Shown here: one piece after another, positions 14,905 to 28,419 of the stretch | Layout of the letters: each line of letters opens with the position of its first letter | Position numbering within the stretch: position 1 is the first letter of the stretch | Source of the DNA: Lingula anatina | Lineage: Eukaryota; Animalia; Brachiopoda | NCBI GenBank assembly: GCA_051362555.1 | Contig: CM120646.1 | Span: 16,430,001 to 16,494,000, forward strand | Direction: 5' to 3' | Length of the DNA: 64,000 bases | Notes under the pieces: generated by a model | Databases searched by the model: none | What the model saw: only the letters and a program-made list of their open reading frames with translations | What the model was told of the DNA's origin: nothing | Position numbers and translations under genes: made by a program

Positions 14905-17017
14905 CATGTACATCTGCTCATGCTTTCGTTTTTTTTTCCCTTTTTGTCAAATTCATCCATCCTTAATTGAATAAAAGTACAATCAACTTATTGCCCTGTT
15001 TGTCTAGTCCAAAAATGGTAATTGGTTATTATGAAAAGGAAACAACCTTTGGAATCTACTTTAGTCATTTCCTGCTTCTGTGGTATGTGCTCATACAAAA
15101 TGCTTGTTTTAGTACTGGAGGTTAGTTATTTCCTGATTCTTTTATTTTATTCTTTTGCATTTTTTTATTTCTTTGTTCTTTGGTACTTGCAAATTCAAAT
15201 GCACCACAGCACTTGAAGCATTATCAATATGGTACAGAAATACCCATCATTCAAGTTGAGGCCCAACATATTGCAGTTAGTCTGTTACATCATTGTATTA
15301 CGAAAAGAGACCCAGCGCACACAAATGCCCTGGCATGTGTATAGCAAGTACCTGCATATGCACATGGCAAACATATAGACAGTGTACAGTAAAAGGCATT
15401 TGGCCAGTCTGTTACAGATTTTATACTGTGTATAAAGTATGGCCCAGTCCAGTCAACTCAGACGGAATCCTCTAAAGGCAGTCCTATTCTGCTTGTTAGA
15501 GCTGTCTGCAAATCCATGTTATCATCAGCCAGAGCCCATAGTTTAGACTACCTTTCCTCTTCCTAACAGCCAGCTTTAGCTGCAGTGACCCAGACTTGCC
15601 CCCTTTCAAGATCAAACAGATAACAGCCAGCCAGTTGGTGTACAGGGCTCCCCATTACCTCTCTATACACAGCCTGGCTAAATATTCAATTATGCCAGCC
15701 CAAACAGACTGGTCAGCCCCCACACAATCCCAGCATTCACAATCCCAATGGTATGCCCCTCATTCTCCTCCCCATACATCTGCACTGCATGGAACCAGTG
15801 CATGTTATATAACTGCCCCCCTTTTCATGTCTGGCTGTGCACACTGGCTGTGAGGAAAGGAACTGCATTAAGCCAGTCTGACCTCCTAACCCAGACAATT
15901 GAATAGTTGAGAGGTCAGAGGTCACTCTGATGACCCCAGCTGACCTACTGGTGCTTTGACCCTTGGGATAGCATTACAGGGAGGCAGTGGAAAGGGGGCA
16001 CACTATGATCCGAGGGAGAGGGAGAAGAAATTTCTGAGGATTGCTGTTCTTGTATTCCTGGCCTACACATTGTTACTAAACATATCTTTTCAAAAGATAC
16101 AGGAAGGTAGAGATAGAATATCCTGTATAAACTGGTAAAGATATGAGTCACTACAGAATTACAGATAGTCAGTAGAAATTAGTTAAGAGAGGAAATGACA
16201 ACTATAAGAAAACCTGGGACTTTTTGGCAGGCATAATATGTTGTATGGAATGTAAAACATTTATGAAAAAAAAGGGGGGGGGGCATCTACAGTAGTGTGC
16301 AAATATAATCCAAGCCACCACAGGGAGGGAGAATTCTGTGAACTTGTGTCAAGAAAAAAGTAGAGGGTTTTTAGAACATTTAATTTCTCAAAGAAAGGTT
16401 TGATAAAATGTAACGAAAAAGCATTATAATTAATACCCAAGGCTGCTAAAGAGAGGGGATTCAGGGAGAGGGGAGGGAGGGGGGAGGGCAATGGTCTATT
16501 CAGAATCTTGACTTGTTAAGACTGAAAACAGCTTTACTTATTTTACCTGCTTAACAGATTGACCAACATGGGATTTAAGTTCACAAGTGCAGTAGGTTCC
16601 TCATGGGAGGTTTCATTTAATCAGGCTAAACCATATCTAGGCTGAATATTGATTTATATATGCATATAAAGAATTAAAAGTCTACACTTGATCACTAGTA
16701 TCTATGCTACCTGGTGTAAGTATCAGTGAAGATACAAACACCAGTCAAGGACTGACAGAAATATTTAGCCAAACTCTCCTAACTGGGTATCTGACAGCAT
16801 TTGAAAATCGAGACAAATCTTAGACAGAGAGCCCAACAAGGCTGCTAATAATCCCTGACAAACATTTCACAGACATTCAATTCAGTAATGAATATTCAGG
16901 AATTGCAGCAATAAATCACTCTGTACTGTAATGAGAAGACAGTGCCAACCCTAAGTGAACTTCGTGGACCAGAGGAAAACTGCTGTGAAATATGGTCAGT
17001 GCAGCCAGTCTAGACTA

Positions 17018-17301
17018 CCCGCATGAAAATGCAGTAGTATCGAAGTAGCAAAGAAGCATTAACGCAGTAGTGATGTGGAGCATATTTGCAGTAGAAATGC
17101 AGTATAGCCTACTGCAATTCTACTTCAAAAATTACATAGGGTTGTACAGAGGAGGAGCATTAATGCAGTAGATTAGCAGCATGATAGAAGCATGTTTCAA
17201 ATATGCTAATTAGCTCCCACATCGAAGCAGATTTGAAGCATGTTTGCAGTATGATTGCAGTAGTCTACTGCGCTGGAGCATCTACTTCGTTTTCGTGCGG
17301 G
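17018..17301. mobile_element. Non-autonomous TIR element, EnSpm/CACTA-like (CCC...GGG ends, TA TSD)
   Basis: TA|cccgcatgaaaa...ttttcgtgcggg|TA; interior built of many short tgcagta / gaagca repeats in both orientations. Confidence 0.75.
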
Positions 17302-18047
17302 TAGGCTAAGGGTGATTTATCACCTGCCTGCATTAATGTTTGGTGATGAGAAAATGGCGAGGGAGAGAGAACTGTAATTGGGAATGGTAGCAAATGAAGG
17401 AGAAGGGGGGGGGGGGGGGGGTGACTGACTTTACCAACAAATCATCAAATACTAAGTCAATAACAACAAACAAAACTCACAGCTGGTTTTCCCATTACAT
17501 TAAACAGACCTGACCAGAAGCATGTAAAACTGGTGAAATATCTCATCTCTACTTCTCCCAATAACCTTTGAAGTGAAGCAGGCAAAACTGCTATCGTTAC
17601 TTTAGCCAGTCCCAGCCAGAACTTACTGTAATGAAGTCAAAGATTTTGCCAAACCACAGTATTCAGATGCTCCACAAGTCTGATTTCTGATTCAGTTAAG
17701 TCAGTCCGTTGTCATCTGCTGCATTGCAGACTGCCTCTGGACATCTATGTAAAAATATTCCAGTAAACTGCTACCATTACTCAAGCCAGTAACAGACATC
17801 AAGCCAGCATCAGACAGTACACACTGTAATAAACTCAAGGTTTTTCATCAAACCTTGGTACCCATATACTCCAGTCTGATCTGAGTCAGTTCAAGTCAGG
17901 TCGTTGTCCATCTGCAGCACAAGTTAAAGTACTAGTACACTGAGGCAATTACTCATTACTCTCTACCATACAGGAATGGGGAGATAAAGTAAAAATCAAT
18001 TTCATAGTCATTATTATTATCATTGTGTGCAAAATAGTAGCGAGGAT

Positions 18048-18048
<1 letters not shown>

Positions 18049-18107
<59 letters not shown>

Positions 18108-18135
18108 AAATGATTTATTATTATTATTATTATTG
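18049..18135. repeat. (AAT)n run followed by inverted (ATT)n run
   Basis: Direct reading. Confidence 0.95.
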
Positions 18136-18549
18136 TGTACAGACTAATAGGGAAAGGAGGGATAAAATTTACAATGGGACGTAGGTCATAAACACATATC
18201 TTCTAATATTTGAGGTCTTGAAAATGTGTTGGAGAAGTGTGTTCATAATGCTGTGAAAAATGTAAAATACAAAAAAGCAAATCAAGCAGAAACATTGCAG
18301 AACAAAGAAAAAAAAACCTGAGCACTGTAAAAAAGCCCACCCCAATATATGAGATCTATTCCAATTGTGAAATTCAAATGCAAATGTGAGTGCAAAACAA
18401 ATAGAAGAGTAACAGTTTAAAAAAAACATTCTTTCACTCCTCTCTACCAGTCCCCATACCCTGTATTATAAAATTTACTGTGTAATGTGGTGCAAAGTCA
18501 TGACTTGTCCTAAACATTTACCCTCATTTTTCATCTTTTTATAGCTCAC

Positions 18550-18680
18550 CTGCCAGACGTTCAATGTTCTACCCCACTACACATCAGCTTTGTGGTTTGG
18601 AGGTCTAGACATAAGTTACAGGACCTAGAATGTCTCTTCTGGCTTAGGGGTCTGACTTGTCTGCATAACTTCCATCATCA
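18550..18680 (-). ncRNA. Candidate non-coding internal exon (131 bp)
   Basis: Minus strand ttttttttctttacag| acceptor and cag|gtgagc donor; stop codons in all three frames. Confidence 0.6.
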
Positions 18681-20929
18681 CTGTAAAGAAAAAAAAAATT
18701 CTCTGAAGATATTCAAAATTACTCACATTGCTATTCAAAATCAGCAGGGCTATTAGATTTTTTCCCTTTGAACATTATATTTCTAATCAAAAAGGTCCCA
18801 TGTTTACATAAACACATGCAAAAAATATTTATATAAAAAAACACACACATATACATACTAACACACATACACAGAGAATAATATTAATATCTTGCTAAAA
18901 TAAAGATATTGCTGTGTCATAAATCATATCCGTAATGTGAACGAGTCATGCACCTCCTACAAAAATTAGAAGTCAGGGGTTGCACACAAACATATCAGTA
19001 TCCCTTGGATCATGTCACGCACCATATACCAAACAACATGTGTATAGGTTCATATACAAAAATAACAGCATGACAAAGATGTATCACGGATCACGAACCA
19101 CATATCAATTATGACACATGCTGCTGTTCTTACACTGGGATTTATATGATGGCAAACAGTAGTACAAACACCAAAACAACATTAGACGGAATATATCGTA
19201 CTAATTGCTCAAATGTCAAATGACTTGGGTACAATTTCATTTCTAACATCTCAAGAATCGATAATGAGGTTAAAATGCCATAAATTTTCTTTCTCCACAT
19301 CTTATCATTAAAAATTAAGACAAATTCCCCAAAACTGACAAAATTATAGTTATCAAAATGTGTAAATTTGTTTTCATCCCCTTATCTAATAAAAGTCAAC
19401 ATAAAGAAATTAAAAAAAAAAAATAGTATATGTGTTGGGATATAACCCTACAACCTTCACACTATATGCTATAAGAAGCATTTCTGTTTTTTATCAATAT
19501 TACAATTTATCATAAAACACATCTAATCAATGAAACAAACTCATTACACAAAACCTAGATATTATTGCCTTCAAAGTACGTCTCACAGCACAGGGATACC
19601 CCTTCAGTGTGAATTAACCAATGTCTAATAAATCATCAATAATCCTTGTTTCACCATAGAAACCATGTGATCTTGTTTTGCTCCAGACAGATACAAAACC
19701 TCAAAAGGCCAGCAGGTCAGCCTTGAGCACAGCAGGCAGTGGGGAAGACTGGAGGGTGACCACAGACTACAGCTACATGGACTATATAAAAAGTATGGAC
19801 AGTATGCACACTGAAGTCAAGGCTTCTAAGGCCCTATTCCCATAGACACCATCAGTCTTCTCCGATCCACCCAAATCTGTGAGGACTCTAGCTGAGCACA
19901 ATCAGCTTAAATGAATGGCATGCCTCACTGCTGAGAGTTATAGACAACTAAGGAGAGTTTCACAGAGAACCAAAAAGAAATGTGGCCTTCATGCAAATAT
20001 CAAATGGAGACAGTTGCTGATTTAGGTGCATTGTGGGACTATAGTTTGTAAAACACCATCAGAGCAATATCACTCAAATTATATTTATGAGTTATGAATC
20101 TAGAAGTGCCAGTCATTAAGTAGTATAAAATTAATCAGCATGCAAATAAATGTGTACATTATAATCGTTACTCATAATCTTCAGTATATGATAGTTTTGT
20201 AAACTAGTTTAGAATTCATGTTCTCATTTAGTAGCAGATAACCAGGCAGGCTATGCAAGTAGGGTGAAGTGGCACAACCAGGGCATTAGTAAGAGTATAA
20301 CAGAACATATCTTCTCAATTTGAAATATCTATAATGTACATATTCTGCACAATTGTATCCACACTTTGTAACTGATATGCTGTCATTTCATCATTAACAA
20401 CTAATTTATCATACAAGATAGGATCTAAGAGGTGTCTAGGCCGTGAAATTGGTGTAACAGTAGCATTTGCAGACATGTATGTCTAGGAGATTAAATAGCC
20501 TGGACATCAATTATTTATAGAATAATGTCTGGCATGATATCATCAAGGCAGACACAATAAGTAATTTACTGCATGTTTTGAAAGAGCAATGCATGGACCC
20601 AATATCCATCAAGAAATTATAAAGAAAACAAAGAACATAGAGGATCTATTATCAATAGCATAAATGTGTAATATTTGCAATTCCAATATATATGGACAAA
20701 AAACTGTTTTGAAGTTTGAGATATAAAATAACGAGAGAATTCACAATTTTTAATATCTCCAGTGTTTGCTTTATTACAATTAATGCAAATTAATGTTTCT
20801 GTTAGAAAGTCACTTGGAAAACAAAATGTTTTAAGTTACAAATCAATCAATTAATCAATATATGAGATTAAAAAATGATACTCAGACATAAACATGCCTG
20901 TGAAAGTAGCTCAACATATCTGAGACAAT

Positions 20930-21050
20930 GAGACCCAAGGTCAATGGCCCAACATGAGGTTGAGGTCAAGGTCAATCATATTCCAGGAAAAAGATCTAAT
21001 GTGTTTTATGTGAACCTATCACACCAAAATCTTTATCGATCAAATTGAAG
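20930..21050. mobile_element. Fragment of an aaggtcaaggtca-type dispersed repeat (Helentron/HINE-like core)
   Basis: caaggtcaa...gaggtcaaggtcaa motifs resemble the core of the element at 51575-51977. Confidence 0.35.
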
Positions 21051-21123
21051 ATGTTCTAAATAAAAGGTATATAATGAGCAATATGTCCTTTCGACCAATC
21101 TTCAAATAAATTCTGAGAATTAT

Positions 21124-21147
21124 GAGAGAGAGAGAGAGAGAGAGAGA
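21124..21147. repeat. (GA)n microsatellite
   Basis: Direct reading. Confidence 0.95.
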
Positions 21148-21442
21148 AAGAGATTAGAGGAGGTAAATTTTCTTGACTCCAATTGATGACAATGAGGAAG
21201 TGTAAAAGATTTGTTAAATCCCCACCAAAATTATTTTCATATCAATTTTTTCACCAAAAGCCTGTGTATGGTTCGTTAATAACTAATATACTAATAGCAA
21301 TACCAATTTCAGAGTGCTCAGACAGGTTAGTTTATCTAAATACAATAAATATGTTTACTTATTATGAGTGTTCAATTTGGGACATGATTGTGATAGATGA
21401 GCCTCCTGATGATTGCACATGGAGAAGCTAACACCAATAATG

Positions 21443-21444
<2 letters not shown>

Positions 21445-21478
<34 letters not shown>
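21445..21478. repeat. (AC)n microsatellite
   Basis: Direct reading. Confidence 0.95.
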
Positions 21479-21479
<1 letters not shown>

Positions 21480-24221
21480 AAGAAATAAATTCAAACTGAA
21501 CTGGACTGTAGTTCAAAGCAATCCATCATATGTACCAAATGTAACCAGGTCTTCAGTCTGCACCAAGGCTAAGGTCAAGTGTTCCATCAAGCTGCAACTC
21601 CTCTTCACTTGCCTATATTGCTAGTACATGTACCTAGACTGAACCCTGGACTTAATTAGCCCACATCGCCCTGAGAGCTTCAGTGTCTGTATAAAGAATA
21701 GCCCATACATCATACAAACTGCCTGTGCCAGGTCATTACTAGGTTACTGCGGATATGCTGGTGCGTGCATGCACCCATCATGAGGTGAATCACTATGTTG
21801 CTGTTGCTTTTCAATACTCAGCAACCAGGCGCATGTGCATGTGTGCATGTGCCTAAAAACTTTGTCTGTCGTAAGGTACTTAGCAATAAACTACAGCAAA
21901 TAACAAATACAGTAATGTCCCATGGCAGATAAGATGTAGTAATCACGGATAATAACACTAAATTATTATATATAAAAACATATAAATAGATAACCTATTT
22001 CACAGAAAATATATAAAAACAACACATTTAAATACAGGGTATTTTCTTATATTATGCTGTCTTTTCATGCATAACATATACCTGATGTAACTGATGATGA
22101 GAAAATAACATATCCCAAGGGACAACAGTGGGTCCTAATATACCCGAGTTTAGGAACCTTTTAAAAAATGCGACCCTTCAGATCATTTTTACCAACAATA
22201 ATAATTAGAAAGCAATACAACATCAGATCAATGAACTGACATACATGTACTGAAATATAGTGACACAGCATAGATGTTCCATGATGGGAATGTCCAATAT
22301 TTAATGACTTGCACCCAGATACTCTATGAAATAGGTTATCTTTGAACCTTATTCCAGGGCATGTGATCAAAATGATAGTGCTCACAGCATGTAGGCAATA
22401 AGTCACATGTGTTCAGGTTTGTTTGTAAAATTTATCTAAAATTGGCATAACATCACAAAAAAAGGGATTTGACAAATAAAAATGTGCTGAATGTATTGCA
22501 TTCGCATAAAGAAGGCAACATTGAGCCATAGATTTTTAAGAAAGTTAACTCTGACAATGAACAGCCAGAGGATGAGCTTTTTATCAGCAATCATGGTTTA
22601 TTATTACATAGGCATAATCACAAGGAAAGCTGGGTTGTTAAAAAAAAATACGGGCACCTGCCACTATCAAAATCAATTCTGACATGTTTTGGTTTGGGTC
22701 CTCTCTAGCAGTGCCAGTTCCCATATCTTAGTCTATGCTAAATGTTTAGCACTTGACATAAGTGTGTTTAAACTGGGTAATAAATCATGGTTTCTCTCCT
22801 CCCCATTGCCAACCAGTCTAGACTACAAATGCACTGTCTGGACAATGCCAGCGGACCAAGGTATTGGAGTCCTGGTAGAAAGACTGGGCTTTAAAAATAA
22901 ATAGATAAAATAAAATAATAATAATACTCATAATCATTATCTCCTTCTTTCGAGAGTAGAATAAATGAATAAAATGTATAAAAAGATAAATAAGGTAATT
23001 AAAAACCTCTTAAAATCCTCTTGCTCTCCCTTTCACATTATATAAACTGCACTAAAATGTGGGATTGCACCCAGTTTCCTCCATTTTATACCTGTATCAC
23101 CTATCTTCATTTTGTAAAGATGAAAAAACCAAAGTAATTCACTACCTCTAGAAAAACATTCAGCAGACATGGGTACAGTGGCTCCCTCTGGATCCAGGGT
23201 CTGACCCCAGCTGACTCCATTACCACAACTATGTCAACTTCACATCTCTCCACTGCAGCTAAATACAGCAACAAGGGCATGGGTTATTTTAGCAGGATGC
23301 ATCAACTGTCTCTGAACTAACCATCTTAAAGCTCTAGATGGTTACTGCACCTTCTCACAAAACTGCCAATTTTAGGAATTTTTGAACTGAATCTCTTTAA
23401 ACTATAGAACCAATTTATCAACAAAACCAGTAACAAACTCAAAGCCATACTCTTAATTTCTAACATCACTAAAACAAGCACCTAAAGAACTTTTTCATCT
23501 TTCAGATGCAAGAGTTAATGAAGTGCACTCTCTAGAGTGGAACTGGATTTGATGTCTCCCTTCCCCATGATGCCTACAGCCCATCATCAGTGTTCACTTC
23601 AGCACAGAGGCTACTGGTACCTAAGACTAAAAGTTTTGCCTAGGATGTATTTCTGAGACTGCCCCTAGACCTAGTCAGTTGCTGGCGAACCCCATCCTCA
23701 CTGTTCACTGAAACTCAGACACACAGAGCCTGTTGGCATTTATTGACTGTATCTTGCAGAGTGGGGCAGCAATGTTGTGTCTACTCAGTTCTGGCAGGTT
23801 TGCGCTTTACTGGAACAGCTGCCTCAAGTCGCAAGAACAAACCTCTTGTAAATCTTTTTATGCCTTGACGTTTTCTGTTAATTTTCTTTTTTTCTCTTCA
23901 TTCCAGGACTTTTTTCTGAAGGACTTGGTGTGTTAAAGTAATCTAAACATGTGGAAGGAACTACAGAAAAACAGAAAATACAGCTATCAATTGTACAACA
24001 AAAAGAGCCAGGGCCTGTTAACAAAGTTTTCTTGAACATTTTTCATGTTATCATCTGGAAAACACTCCTATCAGGCTCCAGAAAGCACTGCTGGGGAACA
24101 TGTGTTGGATTAACTCTTAACCCCTTTTTTCTTCCACAGACATGCCAAAATAGTGGCAGTTCTATCTGGCTGTGCTCACACAGGGATTTGTTCTACCCTG
24201 ATCAACTGAAACCTGGGATAT

Positions 24222-24300
24222 ATTAACTAATGTCAATGGGACAAATTAACTAACATCACTGGAACACAAATTAACTAATGCCACTGGAATAGACCAACTT
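24222..24300. repeat. Degenerate minisatellite, about 24 bp x3
   Basis: attaactaatgtcaatggg / attaactaacatcactgga / attaactaatgccactgga. Confidence 0.8.
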
Positions 24301-27300
24301 ACGCTATTGAGACTGATAAAATGATGTAGCTGAATGGCCAGATTAAAAAGGTACCCCCAATAGGTACCAAAACAGGTGCATCAACAGGAGCATGTACCAC
24401 TATGTACCCTTTAAATTCAAATCCATGTTAGGCAATGAAAAATTGTATATTACATATATGCCTCTTCTAACAGCACCCTAATTGTGGACAGATAAGCATC
24501 TTGACTATAATTGTTCTGAATTAAATCATCTTGCACTTTTTATAATTTTACGTAAGATACAGATTTTAAGTCAATATTACTGTCAAGGTTGCTGTAATCT
24601 TAGACTGCAAAAGGGAAAAAAATTCAATGTTTAATGTATCAGTAATTAATATTGCTATGTAAAATCTGACCTCCAAAAAGTGTTAGTCAATCTTATTCAG
24701 GGTCTCATCTCATGTCGCAATTGTGGTTGCAAAAGATTCAAATGACATATCCTCAAATTTTCAGTAATAAATACAATGCACTTACAATGATGATAAACAA
24801 CTACGCAGAGATCTTGCATTTTAAGTAATGGGTTGTTTTCTGTATGACTGTCTCTATTTACCAATTGAAGTCCAATCATCATAATCTTTGTCACCATAAA
24901 AAGCACCCTTTTGTCTTCAATCCACAGATCAAAAACCCTGGCTAACTACAGTTATAAAAACCCCAGAAGCCTAATTAATATATACATTTTTTTTTCAACA
25001 AGTTCATATCCTCTTAATCACAAAAAGGTTCCAGTTACATAAAAGATGCAGCAACAATAAAGTCAGTTTATGATTTCATGGGCATACTTTGAAGATTCCT
25101 TTGTACAGTTCAGTGTTATTATGTCCTACAAGCAATCAATGTGTTCTCTATATACCAGATGTCAGGCTGACACATGCACTCCAGATTGTGATGTGTTAAA
25201 GCATCTCAACTACAGCATTCCACGGAAAAGATCACACTGGAATCACTGGTTCTTTGTATTACATGTGGCAAACATATGGCTTAGGTTAAATTTCAGCAGG
25301 TTTTATTTATTAGGCTGGGTAAAAATTGAGTAATGGCTTGCAGAGCATGGATGGACTAGATTTTTTATATAATATGGTTTCAAAGAAATAATATACACGA
25401 AACAAGAAGAGGCTAAAAAAACAATAAAAAGTAAATGTTACATATAAATAAACAGTATATCAACTGGTCTGTTGAATGAGAGATTAATCTCAATTTCTTT
25501 CTATAACATTTCAAACAGGCTCTACTTATAAATATTACTTCAATATTATTACAGACACAATCATAATTATTTTGGAAAATAAATGAGTCATTCTTACACT
25601 TACAATCATATAAAACTTTTTTTTACTTACAAGAAATTTGATTAATACCTTAAATTTTGCAAAACAAATGCTTTAGTCATTTTGGCTAAATAATAATCTT
25701 AATTGTGTAAGACAGTTGCAGGTTCTAATTCTCAGTTCTCAACTCTGACAATGTGTTAGTTATGCAAAGGTTTAAGACAGTACGGTATTATATAAAGAGT
25801 TCACTTTATCCACTCAACTAAGTCACCCAAAGTAAAAAGCATGACCTACAGGCTAGTTCTCTCTCCTAACTCCTCTAAAAATTGAATAAAAACTTTATCA
25901 CTAGATGTCTCCACAAAGTTTAAACTTGCAAAGTTCCTACTGCAAGCTTTATTCATGCAATTAACCTGTAAAGCATGCTACATATAAAAACATCCCCTAA
26001 TTTCATCAATTGTATTTGCCAGTTTAGTATTCCACATTTTTGTGAAAAAATTCTGTAAAATTTACTGATTAAAAAATCTTTAGAATTTCAACAAAAAAAC
26101 TTTTCTTTTTTAAAGTGTTGATTTCTTGTTCAACTCATCATGCATTTGAAAACAACTAACTTTATGTGAGCAAATGACAAAAGAACCTTTCTTTAGGTAT
26201 CCTATCCAGGTATTTTCTCCAAACAGAATTTACTTCCAGAATACTATTTTCTCCTACTCACAAATCATTCTCCGACCTGCCCCTGCACTTCGATTTGATG
26301 TTTGATACCATTTATAATTAAACAATTTTCTTCTTAATATCTAGCCACATGTTCATAGGACTGCAATGTCTTCCTGTACATTTCAGAAGAAAATATTGAC
26401 TGTATGTACCTTCATTTGAGTGCTTTAATCATTTTTAAGGTCTACATTGAGAAATATTAGTAGATTTGCAGATATGTAGACCTAGAATATATGACTTTGA
26501 GACATTTTTTAAATGTGTAGTATACCTTTAGAACTTGAGGGAATGACATAAACTAGGCAATCTATAACCTATCCATTGCAATCATTTCCAGCATCTGTCA
26601 ATCCTTTACAGATAACAGAACCCCTACAGCATGCCCTTTGCCTTAAATAACCACTCCTTCTAAAAGTGCTTCACCCCCAGACAAAATATCTCATAGCTGC
26701 ATCCCTTTTAAGACCAGCTCTAAATCTATCTGTACATAAATCAGACCCCAGCCAAGTGGATCTATCAATCCATGGTAATGTGGAATCCATAACCCCCTAA
26801 GGCCTTTCTCAGTCATAATTCATTCATTAGAAGTAGCTTTGCACACTTCTGATTCCAGCCTTGTGGTTTTTGTGGTTAGTTCATGCTAGGATCATTAAGA
26901 AATGTTAGATACACAAGCCGTGTTATTGGAGGGTTTAGTGGTAAAAAGCCATTGAACTCAATAAACACTACCTCATGGTACCACAGCTACCATTTTCATC
27001 AACTCTGCCCTACACCTTTATTTTCTATACTCTTTATAGCTGTTTACCTCATTAAGTATTTTTTAATAAATATTATAAATCAATGTATATAATTATATAT
27101 ACTTTTGGCACTTAGAATATGATCTTGTTAAAAGAGAAAAATTGTATCAGTCACCAAACATGCATTAGATTTCTTTTACAAATTTTCGTATAAGGTTTTC
27201 CACTTCAACATTATAAATTTTAAATGCCTTTGTAAATAATTCATAAAAATTTGATCACACCATAAGGGCAACAAGTGTCACTTTTTATTGATCAAACATT

Positions 27301-28419
27301 CAAACTCAAATTCAAATCAAATATTTTGTCTAGTGTCCTTGAATTAAGTTCAAATTCAAAAGCGTTCGATAACACACACATATATATATAGTGAAGGCAG
27401 CAGGATGTGTGTCGTAAAGAAAGGATGGAATGTGGGTGTGGGTGTGGGTGTGGGCAGGCACAGGCACTGGAGAGTAAAATAGTCCTAAAATTCAGTCAGG
27501 AAGTGATAACAAGTGCATAAAGAATACCATCTCACACATTTACCACTACTTGCTTTCCTTTATTCCCCTTGTTTCTATAACAAGTTTCTTTTCATTTATT
27601 TATTTCTTTTATATATTCAGTGATCATATCAATGTACCAACATTCTTTTTTAAAAATGTTCATCTCTAATTTGCATTATATCTTGATATGTGGAGCAATT
27701 CGCAGAAAAATTGAATTCAACTTTTATCTCCATCAATAAAAAATATTTGCTAATATATAGTTTAGACTGTAAAAATAAACAAACAAATATACCTGATTCT
27801 TTTAAGAAGCATTCTGTTGGTGAGCAATAAGGGTGGAAGACAAAAACAAAATATCTGGCATGTCTACATAATTGCCACAAGGACACCGAAAGAATCAATA
27901 TTAAGGTGATGAATGACAGTAGAGGTCAACCAATGAAAATGACACTAAAAGCAGCATGTTTGCCTGGAAGCCAATCACAATACAGCATACCCTGGTGTTT
28001 GAATAGTGTCAGCTCTTACAACACACACCAGAGCAAAGGTTTCGTACCCAGTTTTTTTTTTTTTTTTCTTAAAGAGCAAGGTGAAAAGAAAGAAGGAAAG
28101 ACAACTAGTTTGTTACTACAAATAAAGAATAGAAAAAAATTACTTAAGATCAACATTTTCATCAGCAATTTGTTTATCTTTTATAATAGCAATTGCTGTA
28201 TGTGATTTCATCTTTTTTATCCTTTTTCTTTTTGCAACTGAATCACCAAATCTCCAAAATATTCTTTTAATAATAGCAAAATCTTTAAATCACTTTTCTC
28301 TGTTTTTCAACATACTGCTCTTGAAAACTGTAGCAAAAGAAAATATAACTTTTCTAAAATAAGTTAATTTTCAATCGCAGCATTCAACATATTTTTTAAT
28401 CAAAAGCATTCAGTATGAC

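Noticed and set aside
16246-16256. Partial matches of 10-13 nt to miRNA 5' ends: miR-1 here, miR-92 near 36782, miR-183/263 near 37088, miR-22/745 near 40306, miR-190 near 61136
   Set aside because: Matches this short are expected by chance across many miRNAs in 64 kb, and no hairpins are present
16460-16490. G-quadruplex-like G runs (also about 27431 and 57830)
   Set aside because: Poly-G and simple repeats are common across this window; nothing indicates function
18580-18681. Minus-strand GTGATGA...CTGA resembling a box C/D snoRNA (also at about 53604)
   Set aside because: Terminal stem is only about 3 bp, no recognisable rRNA guide, and the motif coincides with a strong splice acceptor
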